From Podarcis pityusensis (lineage: Eukaryota), in assembly GCA_964106645.2 (NCBI GenBank), contig OZ067040.1: a DNA stretch of 64,000 bases; one strand, 5' to 3'. Made by a program: the position numbers and the translations under genes. The notes below the pieces were generated by a model. It was not told where the DNA came from. It did no database searches and worked only from the letters and a program-made list of their open reading frames with translations. Below, one piece after another: positions 54,701-64,000 of this stretch; position 1 is the first letter of the stretch; each line of letters begins with the position of its first letter.

Positions 54701-56015
54701 TGCCATAGATTGCAAGCGCATTAGGTCTGGGCACCACCGAGTTATAACAATATTGTAGCAATTCAAACTATCTTAAAACAAAGAGCCTGTTCTTGCTGGA
54801 GTCATTCAGAACTCAGTCAAACAAGATTCTATTCATGCAAGACTTTTAAGATGGAAATGTATCATACCCCTTTATTCTTGTTTGAAATTTCCAATTGACA
54901 GTAGATTCATTTGCCTGGGCAAAATTTCATATATGCATATATAACAGATCAAGAGTTGCTTTATTCAAAGTGGTTTCAACTGGAACTTTACTTGAGCTGT
55001 TAAGTGATAATTATCATACTTGGAGTAGAATGATTGAAATCAATGGATTTCAATGGGTCTATTGAGTATGATGAATGTCAGCTATTACCCATTGTGCGTT
55101 AGATCTGGGCCAACAGGAAAGCAAACAAACAAACGACACACTTGCTTTTGATACAGAACCTTCTCTTCTCTGATCTAAAACCTGTTTCTACCATTTGATG
55201 ACGCTGCACCTTGATAGCACTCTAGTCTCTTTGTAACAAAATTTGAAGAAGGAAAGTGCATATATGGGCAGACAAAGGGTGACACTGTTTATATTATCCA
55301 GGGTGGAAAAGATGGTGTTCTGGAATTTTGTCCCCCTTACCTATTTCAAATGCTCGCACAAAAAATGCTCCTTAAAATGGATACTGTTTAAGAGTTTGAA
55401 ATATTTTCATTTCTTATCCCTTTCTCTTGGTCAGCTCATGGGCAGCTGGTGTTGTGTAACCCACTACTTTAGTATTCTTCCACCATGCACTACGTGGGGC
55501 GGGGGGAGGCAGAAAAAAGATGTTAGGAGGTGTACTGTTCAAAACTGATGCCTAACTTGGTTAAGCAAAGTTGAATTATGCCACAAAAACATGTTAAATT
55601 GTTCAGCTTTAATTTACACATTAGTCTTTTCCCCAGAGGTTAGAATATGAAAGGGATGTTTTTACACCTTGACTTCTGGTCTAGTAAATATATTCAGCCT
55701 CTGTGTTACTGCTCCCTTAATCCCCCTTGTTCCAATGCCATCCAATTTTATTTCATCCTGAAAGACAACAGATGAATAACTGAGAAGAACGTGAATGCAA
55801 ATCTTTGTGGGTTTTTTATTGAAATCAAATAAAATTTCAAGACACAAGGTTTTTTTTTCCTAAAAGAAAGCAAGAAAATCTGTTTTTGTTCCCACATCTG
55901 CTGGAGAGTTGGCTCAGGTGCAGAAATTAGTTTGGCTTTCCTGTTTTAGCCAGAAGCCTCAGAAACCTACTATTCAAAGTTCTGATTTCAGTAACACAGT
56001 TCTTCCTTCTTTTAG

Positions 56016-56170
56016 GTATAATAAAGAATGGAGGTGTGAAACCTAATATCATCCCTTCTTATGCTGAATTAGAATTTTACTTGCGTGCTCCTTCATTAAA
56101 AGAACTCTCCATCCTGACAGAAAAAGCAGAGAACTGCTTTAAATCTGCAGCCCTGGCCACAGGGTGTGAA
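56016..56170 (+). CDS. PM20D2: PM20D2 exon 4
   Basis: ttttag|GTATAATA...TGTGAA|gtaagg; translates [51 protein letters not shown]. Confidence 0.96.
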
Positions 56171-56527
56171 GTAAGGTTCATAAAGATTTATTTTGCTTTT
56201 AAGTGACAATGTGAGCTGACTAATAATGATAATATTATTATTTGTTCCCCACCTGTCTGACTGTTGCCCCAGCCACTCTCTGGATGCCTTCTTAGCCAAA
56301 CCACCTAGGACCTATTGAGTGATTTTAGTTGAAAGTAGCATAACATCTACATGTTGGCCTACCCTCTGACAGTTTCCCCCTATAGTTGTGGCTCCAAGCA
56401 GGCTAGATTGGGGTGATTAGGCCTGTCAAGATGTTTGAAATGGTCCAGTCACCTCTGTCTTTCTCTCATTGCAGTGCTTGGAGAAAAAGTTTCAGCACAG
56501 TGCTGTAATGGGAATGAATGTGTTTCC

Positions 56528-56530
<3 letters not shown>

Positions 56531-56563
<33 letters not shown>
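56531..56563. repeat. (TG)16 microsatellite
   Basis: Direct reading. Confidence 0.95.
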
Positions 56564-56565
<2 letters not shown>

Positions 56566-57495
56566 GTGGCGGTCTGTGTGTGGTGAGAGCAGGGTGTGCT
56601 TGGCCATGACCACAACTGGCATGTGGCCCTCAGAGGATTGGCCTCAACCCTCAGGCTGAAAAGGTTTATCCATCTCTGAACTAAAACCCTGATCCCGTTG
56701 AACTAACATCTCAGCGTAGCTGATATTTTGGACTTAACTGAGGGTATTGCCTCAACTTTGTCAAGTCTTGGTTCTCAAAAGTGCAAACATACCCGAGTAA
56801 GAGCGACCTTTCACATGCTTTTAAATACACAAGGACTCAGCATTGGGCTGTTTTTCTTTTCTTTTTTCTTTTTTTAAAAAAAGCTTCCTTTCTCACTGAA
56901 CACTTTCTAAGTACTTTTCCTTCTTTGGTATTTTCTTTAAATCATAAAAGTAGTGAGGAGCCTAAGGGGATTAACCCTGCTTCTAAAGCTTCTACTTCAA
57001 AGTAATTTCCAACCAGAGCTCACTTCCATATTCAGTTGGAACTCCCTTCCAAGAATTTACACAATCTTGGCTGTGTGTTTTTTTCCATTTGGCATCTTTG
57101 GAAGCTGACATTCCACATTTCTAATTTATCCTGTTTTGCAAGAAGCTTGCAGTTGTCTAAGGGCAGGAAGCAGAAAATTGCTTGCTTGTTCTAGGAGATA
57201 ATGCCACATTCATGCTTCGTATAAATAGGATGTGAAATGCCGAAGAAAGCTAATTAGTTCCTAAAAGTGTAATCCTTTGCATGTTTACTTTGAAGTCAGC
57301 CACACTGTGAATTGCAGCTTGTTCTCAGGTAAGTATGTTTCAGATTTCAGCCAAACACTAAGTCCTATGCATTTTTGAGAGTAAGCCCCTTTGAGTTCAG
57401 TGGGACTGACCTCTGAGTAAGACAAATAGGATTGAGTTGGAGGCCCTTCATCTGGTATTTTTGTGTCAAAGCAAATGAATATTTTTCTTCTCTAG

Positions 57496-57628
57496 ATGGA
57501 ATTAAAAGGTGGTGCAAATGATTACTACAACGTGCTTCCTAACAAGAGCCTGGAAAAAGCTTACATTGAGAATGGGAAGAAACTTGGCATGGAGTTCATC
57601 CCAGAAGATAACTTGACTGGGTTGTCAG
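57496..57628 (+). CDS. PM20D2: PM20D2 exon 5
   Basis: ctctag|ATGGAA...TCAG|gtaata; translates MELKGGANDYYNVLPNKSLEKAYIENGKKLGMEFIPEDNLTGLS(G). Confidence 0.95.
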
Positions 57629-58124
57629 GTAATAAATAATAAAACATCCAATAAAACATTTATCAGGTTGGCTTTTACTCCTTTTCTATCCATTTCTGCT
57701 TTGTTCGTCAGCCTGGAAAATACATTTATACATCTTTTAAGAATTTCCCAACAATTGGGAAGGGTGATCAGTTTTTATATTTTAGAGCATCAGAATGTGT
57801 ATTGCTAGGTGAATGCAGAAACAGATTTGAAGGGGATTTGAATTTGGTAAGGGAAAATGTAATGGGGCTGTTCTGAAACGTCAATCACATACTTTATCAT
57901 ATACTTATTTTCTTGTAATACTCTTAGCATTTTGTTCAACTTGATCCATGAAGTAAGGACAGGTTGAGTTAAATGGGCAGTAAACAGTGCTGCCGTGGTT
58001 TTGCCATTCCATGGTATCTGTTCTTCATCATAAACCAACTTAGGATGTAGAGTTCAAGGGCAGTGGATACCCTACTGTCCATCAACATGCAAGGGATATG
58101 ATTGGTAGTCTCTAAGTTAAACTA

Positions 58125-58524
58125 CCGTAGATTCCGGCAGATTAGGCGACTGGGCGTATTAGACAACCCCCCCAAATTGGCAGCTGCAATTTGGGGATTT
58201 GTTTTATAAGCCCAGTTGCCTAATACGTTGGGCAGCAACAGGGGGCAGGCTCAGCTCCACGCCAGGAGAAAGCCACCCTCTGTGGAGCTGAGCCTGCCGC
58301 CCGCTGCTGCTGCTTCCAAAGCAGCAGCGGGGGGTGGGCTCCGCGTCGGACAGCTTTCTCCCAGCGCGGAGCTGAGCCCGCCGCCCGCTGCAGGTGTTTC
58401 GGAGCCACCGCAGCGGGGGGCGGGCTCTGCTCCGCGCCACCCATACCTGGTGTATAAGGCGACCCCTGACTTTGGAGAAGATTTTCCAGGGTTCAAAAGT
58501 CGCCTTATACGTCGGAATCTACGG
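58125..58524. mobile_element. Tc1/mariner-superfamily non-autonomous element with GC-rich core
   Basis: TIRs ccgtagattccggc / gtcggaatctacgg, TA on both sides; internal 'ggagctgagcc' repeats. Confidence 0.85.
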
Positions 58525-59098
58525 TATTATTTCAGGACTGCTTGATCTTGATACTGCAGAAAGGAAAAACCCAGTTTATGTGCATGCTACTTATGTATAT
58601 CACTTTTTCTCCAGAACTGTCTTTTCCCCCCCTTTAAGAGTGATGCCTTTTTCCATTTATGTGAGGAATTGTTGAACTGTTATTTAAGAAAACTAAATTC
58701 TCTCAACCAAAACCTCCATTCTGCTGTTGGAATCATTTCTGCATTCTGTTTATTTCAACTTGGCAAAGTGAAACATTTATGTTTGGGAGATACCTAATGT
58801 ACTTGAAAAATTGTGAAATTGGCCTGATTCTGCATCTTATCATTTATCAACTTTCATTGCTAATCCCAAAATATTTATTTTACACCTTAAAAAACCCCCA
58901 CAACCTGTTGCCTTTGTCTGTGTTATGTGCTCTTTTCTCTGTCATACTTTCTCATGCTGTGGGACAGGAGCTGCACAGATCTTTTTCATTTCACTTCGTT
59001 TCCAGTGCCTTTGGTTACCTCCATATCACTGTCTTTGTCCAATTCTACAGTTTTGCAGTCAATAAATAAATAACTTTGTGATCCTGACATTTGGAACA

Positions 59099-60036
59099 GT
59101 ACCTTTCTTTTAAATCAGAATCAGTGAAGGCGGTGAAGGTCCTGTGTGAGTGTCTGGAGGCGGTTGGAGGATGGATGGCGGCTAACAGATTGAGGTTGAA
59201 TCCTGACAAGACAGAAGTACTGTTTTTGGGGGACAGGAGGCGGGCAGGTGTGGAGGATTCCCTGGTCCTGAATGGGGTAACGGTGCCCCTGAAGGACCAG
59301 GTGCGCAGCCTGGGAGTCATTTTGGACTCACAGCTGTCCATGGAGGCACAGGTCAAATCTGTATCCAGGGCAGCTGTTTACCAGCTCCATCTGGTACGTA
59401 GGCTGAGACCCTATCTGCCTGCAGACTGTCTCGTCAGAGTGGTGCATGCTCTGGTTATCTCCCGCTTGGACTACTGCAATGCGCTCTATGTGGGGCTACC
59501 TTTGAAGGTGACCCGGAAACTACAACTAATCCAGAATGTGGCAGCTAGACTGGTGACTGGGAGCGGCCGCCGAGACCATATAACACCGGTCTTGAAAGAC
59601 CTACATTGGCTCCCAGTACGTTTCCGAGCACAATTCAAAGTGCTGGTGCTGACCTTTAAAGCCCTAAACGGCCTCGGTCCAGTATATCTGAAGGAGCGTC
59701 TCCACCCCATCGTTCTGCCCAGACACTGAGGTCCAGCTCCGAGCGCCTTCTGGCGGTTCCCTCACTGCGAGAGGCCAAGTTACAGGGAACCAGGCAGAGG
59801 GCCTTCTCGGTAGTGGCGCCCGCCCTGTGGAACGCCCTCCCATCAGATGTCAAAGCGATAAACAACTACCTGACATTCAGAAGACATCTGAAGGCAGCCC
59901 TTCAGTTTTTAATATGTGACATTTTAGTGTATTTTTCATCTTTGTTGGAAGCCACGCAGAGTGGCTGGGGAAACCCAGCCAGATGGGCGGGGTACAAATA
60001 AATTATAATTATTATTATTATTATTATTATTATTAT
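59099..60036 (+). mobile_element. L2-clade LINE, 5'-truncated, young
   Basis: RT C-terminal WMAANRLRLNPDKTEVL...LGVILDSQLSM...SRLDYCNALYVGLP; a single frameshift near 59705, continuing as AFSVVAPALWNALP; (TTA)n tail 60002-60036. Confidence 0.92.
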
Positions 60037-60212
60037 AGTATAATAATGCAAGATGAACAAATGTGCCTTGTTGCACTGTTCCAATTGTAAGCTGCTTTCT
60101 TAGTTTGAGATCTGAATTATTACATTGCTGCAGATCATGCATAGCTGAGCAGTACTTACATATATTCCTTTTGGTAGCCTGATCTGATACATTTAAAACT
60201 ACCTTTTCCTAG

Positions 60213-60320
60213 GTTCTACTGATTTTGGGAATGTTACCTTTGTGGTTCCTGGGATTCATCCTTATTTTTATATTGGGTCTGATGCACTAAACCATACTGA
60301 GCAATACACAACAGCTGCAG
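60213..60320 (+). CDS. PM20D2: PM20D2 exon 6
   Basis: ttcctag|GTTCTACT...GCAG|gttagt; translates [35 protein letters not shown](G). Confidence 0.96.
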
Positions 60321-61569
60321 GTTAGTGAGTTTTATGTGTGTGTGTGTGTATATATACATGTATTCCTCCTGGCCCCCCCACCAAAAAATATACAAGAACA
60401 CTAAGATGGAAATTACATTGAGTTAAAGGTTTTCCCCAGCTGGCCTATGCTTAGTGCAGCTGAATGGAACATTAAATTGTTCTGGACTGGAATTAATGTG
60501 TCTTACCTTTCTGTGATTATTCTTACTAGGTATTGGACATTTGTGTACTGTGTTCCTAGGAACAGTCAGTAATAAATATTTATTTGTTTATTTGCAAAAA
60601 TTCTAAGTTGTCCTTTACCATACGGTCCCTGAGTGGGTTATAATATAATATACTGTACAATAATAAGATAAAATTGCAATGACAAATAAAACTGTTCTAG
60701 CCAGCACTTCAGTGGTTAAAATTTTCAGAGGGTGTTTGCTCACACTTCTCTTGAAGTCTGTGCTACACTATTCCAAAAGTCTTGGCTTTTTTTATTGCAG
60801 CTGAAGCAACTGGAAATCTTGATGCCTTGCTAGCTGACTAACACTAGCAAGAGCAAGCACAGGTCTCTCAATGTGCTGCTGACTAAAATCAATCTTTATA
60901 GGGTTTTTTGTTTTTTTAATAAGCTAACCTAACCTCCTGGTGGTCAGGTGTGGATAACTTGTTGAAATCTCTTATGCAGATATGCATCTTAAGATCCAGT
61001 GATACTCCTACTATGAGAAGTATGTTTGTGGCAGAAATTATGAGAGGGTAGTGAAGAAGCTAAAAATGTCCACATTTGGGCATATTCACAAGAAGCAATA
61101 ACTTCAGGCTTACAATGAGCCTGAATTTCTTGTATGAAACACATATTTATGCTAGATGCACTGAAATTGAAAGGTGTGCATTTTAATACAGGAAAAGAAA
61201 ACATAAAGCTACTTAGGAGAAGACAATATCTTTTTATTCCCAGGGTAATTCAAATTGAATTGTTTTGGAAGGGGAAATGGCCTTTACAAGTCCCTTCAGT
61301 TATGGTATAGCTATACAGTAAATCCCTTCAGTCTTGAATGTGCTGCCTAGCTCTTGGTAAGACCTGCTCCTGTGGCCATTTCTGAAGGCAGCAGACCAGC
61401 TTAAATAAACTTTAAAAATGGTGGGTTGTTTCTCTTTGATCCAGCAGGCGCTTCTGTTCAGAATGAGGAGGGAATTGGTTTTGCCAGTCCCTCCCTCCCA
61501 ATGCAGCCCCCTACCACCACCTCTTTATTGATCCCTTCTGTTCTCATTTGTGGATTTAATTCTTCCTAG

Positions 61570-61775
61570 GGTCAGAAGAAGCTCAGTTCTATGCCTTGCG
61601 AACAGCGAAAGCTTTGGCAATGACTGCTTTGGATGTTGTTTTCAAGCCAGATCTGCTGGAAAAAGTCAGAGAAGACTTCAGACTGGTGAAACTCAAAGAG
61701 GAAGGTTACTTGAATATCCCTGAAAATGGAAAGGTGTCTGGTCTTGGTATCGGAGCAGCATGTGCATCACGTTGA
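61570..61775 (+). CDS. PM20D2: PM20D2 exon 7 (stop codon)
   Basis: ttcctag|GGTCAGAA; translates [67 protein letters not shown]. Confidence 0.95.
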
Positions 61776-63422
61776 AATAGTACAGCATATTACAAATCTA
61801 AACACGAAAGAACGTCAAAGTTTTTTCCTTGGAATTCTAGGAAATGTTTAATAGCTGGAAAGATGCTTGATATTTTAAGTGGTGCAACTAAGCGACCTCA
61901 GAGTACTTTTAAAATATTGCTATTATCTGATATCATGTAGTGGTCTTAATTTGGCAGACAAAATGAGTGATTTCTCTGCAGTGATTGAAAATGTGCTGAA
62001 TATTGCAGCTTTGCATACTTTTGGAAAAACTTTTTAAATGCTATTTACTCTGGTTGGAAAGGAATGTTGGGTTGTCTTCATAGCAGCTGTTCTCTTGCCA
62101 AGGAATAGTGAGAAGTGTTGCATGTTTAGCTTATTGTATGCAGAACCAAATGCAATCCACCAGGACAGGCTTAATATGCTTCATAAATCTATATGTATTT
62201 GAACCGAAGATACCAAAGGTTAGGTGATGGTTGTTCAAGATGTGCCTAGACTTTCACATTAGAATGGTTTTTCACTCAGTATCTCATGGTCTTTGGTAGC
62301 TCAACACTTGAACATACCACACTTTCCTCTTTTGGCCATCTAAATTTTTCTAGAAGGACTATCCTTGTAATCACTTGATGTTTATAGGTGGGCTCCTGAC
62401 CTCTTGTTCTGCACAATTTCCAAACGCTGTGTATCCTTTAGTAGTTTTGTGCATAGTATAGAATTATACAGCATACAGATACACCAGAAGAAAATAACTT
62501 TATAAATGAGTGTCCAGGAATAGCTTTTAAAATGAAACCCAAAACTGAGTTTCTTGTGAAAATTCTTCCTATTTGACACAAATTAAGCAATCACATTGAA
62601 GGAGAAGTTAAAGCAGTAGGTAGGGGGTTTGTTTGTTTTTAAGGGTACTGTACAGAATCAAAGAAATACTTGTGCAAACCTGGTACATGAACCCTGCTTT
62701 ACTGTCTTATTTATGCATAGCTGCATTTTGAAAATGAATGGCTCCAGTCCATTAATGTAGCTGCTGTACAAAGTAGATTGGTAGAACTTATGTTTCAAAT
62801 TCATTTTCCTTTCTGAAATAGAATTGTCTATAATTTTGTCAGTTTCGCCACCAGTTAATCCCCAGGACCCAAGATGTGTACATTGATGACAGAGATGAGT
62901 TGAGGAAAGGGGTGATGAATCCTATGGATGTTCGAGTTGATACCCAAGTATTTTGGGTGAGCCTCAAATGCATTTGTAAAGGCTAAATGTTGCCATTGTG
63001 AGTTGGGTCAGCAGTAGTGGACTGTTTGGGGGCTCGTATGTTGTCTTTCGAGGCAGAGAAAATAGATGTGCTTTTTTCTTCTGCGGAACAAGCAAAAGAT
63101 GGTGAGAATGTGAGTTCTTGGGGCCTTTGGCAGGTAAAAGGTACTTCTCCTGTAGGGGAGGAATGTGATCCTGTATGGGTTGTCTCTGCCCCTCTCTCCA
63201 CTGGTAGGAAGGAAAACTTTTTAAGAGAATATACCTGGGGCAGGGACAATCTCCTATCTCCATTTCCTGCCAACTCCACTGCAGATCATCAGTCTGCTGC
63301 CCAAGGTATAGCAAAAGAGAAGTGGCAGGAACTCTTGGAAGGGATTTTCCTTTGTTCTATTCCTACTGGAGTAGCTGGACCTGACATTCGGAGGCATTTT
63401 AGACAACTCACAAGTACTAACT

Positions 63423-63663
63423 TGTGTGGTGTTGTGGTTATGAGCGGTATACTCGTAATCTGGTGAACCAGGTTTGCTTCCCCGCTCCTCCACATGCAGC
63501 TGCTGGGTGACCTTGGGCTAGTCACACTTCTTTGAAGTCTCTCAGCCCCACTCACCTCACAGAGTGTTTGTTGTGGGGGAGGAAGGGAAAGGAGAATGTT
63601 AGCCGCTTTGAGACTCCTTCAGGTAGTGATAAAGCGGGATATCAAATCCAAACTCCTCCTCTT
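63423..63663 (+). mobile_element. tRNA-derived squamate SINE with (CCT/CTT)n tail
   Basis: A/B-box-like head 'tggtgttgtggttatgagc...ggtttgcttcccc', body 'tgggtgaccttgggctagtcac'; possible TSD ctaact at 63417-63422 and 63664-63669. Confidence 0.8.
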
Positions 63664-63774
63664 CTAACTAGGCTGTCTAGATTATTCTTTGCCTATGATA
63701 AGATCAGCTGTCTTCTAATCAAGCTGGTCTTTGTATTTGGCATATATTAATCTACACACCAAAATTGACTTGAA

Positions 63775-63862
63775 GTACAATCCTTTGCATGTCTATGCAG
63801 AAGTGACTCCCATTCAGTTCAATGGGGTTTACTCCCAGGAAAATGCTGCAGGATTGTAGCCA
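63775..63862. mobile_element. Short (~90 bp) palindromic MITE-like repeat; other copies near 19160, 32991, 34570, 57268 and 57358
   Basis: tacaatcct...cagaagtgactcccattcagttcaatggggtttactcccagg...aggattgtagc: inverted ends and an internal hairpin. Confidence 0.65.
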
Positions 63863-64000
63863 TAATTATGTGACACACCACTGCCTAAGCTGCATTAGTG
63901 GTATCATAACGTACCACTGCCTGTTACTTAAACTAATAGTAGATAAACATATCTTATGCTGAAAGAAAACACTAATTTCCTGTCCTCTTAAGCATAATGT

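Noticed and set aside
59091-59729. 212-aa ORF as a host gene
   Set aside because: C-terminal RT region of a 5'-truncated L2 LINE in PM20D2 intron 5, with a frameshift.
61761-61775. PM20D2 C-terminal CASR as a CaaX prenylation motif
   Set aside because: Arg at X and Ser at a2 are poor fits for classical CaaX; no other support.
61776-64000. 3' end of the next syntenic gene (GABRR1 in human) or a PM20D2 poly(A) site
   Set aside because: No coding exon or canonical AATAAA that I could support in this stretch.

Overview
Vertebrate genomic DNA from a squamate reptile. Sauria-type SINEs, an L2 LINE with a (TTA)n tail and BovB 3' ends point to a lizard, probably a lacertid (inference). Five protein-coding genes were reconstructed by hand from splice sites and reading frame: RNGTT exons 1-4 (minus strand, continues off the left edge), intronless BORCS6 (minus, 173 aa), PNRC1 (plus, 2 exons, 286 aa), SRSF12 (minus, 5 exons, 256 aa) and PM20D2 (plus, 7 exons, 476 aa). 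This is the human 6q15 order RNGTT-PNRC1-SRSF12-PM20D2, with BORCS6 (17p13 in human) added head-to-head with PNRC1. The most interesting structure is SRSF12 intron 2. It is a minor-spliceosome (U12) intron with apparent AT-AT termini that encloses a major-spliceosome-type 335-nt poison exon. That exon carries a PTC, an internal AATAAA and a perfect AAAGACAAA SRSF10-family binding motif. Other points: a probable intronic PNRC1 promoter giving a 139-aa PNRC2-like isoform, a dense NF-kB/IRF/C-EBP motif cluster near 12.3-12.7 kb, a 7 x 93-bp tandem array of BovB 3' tails upstream of SRSF12, and several nested transposon insertions with intact TSDs. Most ORFs in the supplied track are spurious. No tRNA, rRNA or CRISPR features were found.
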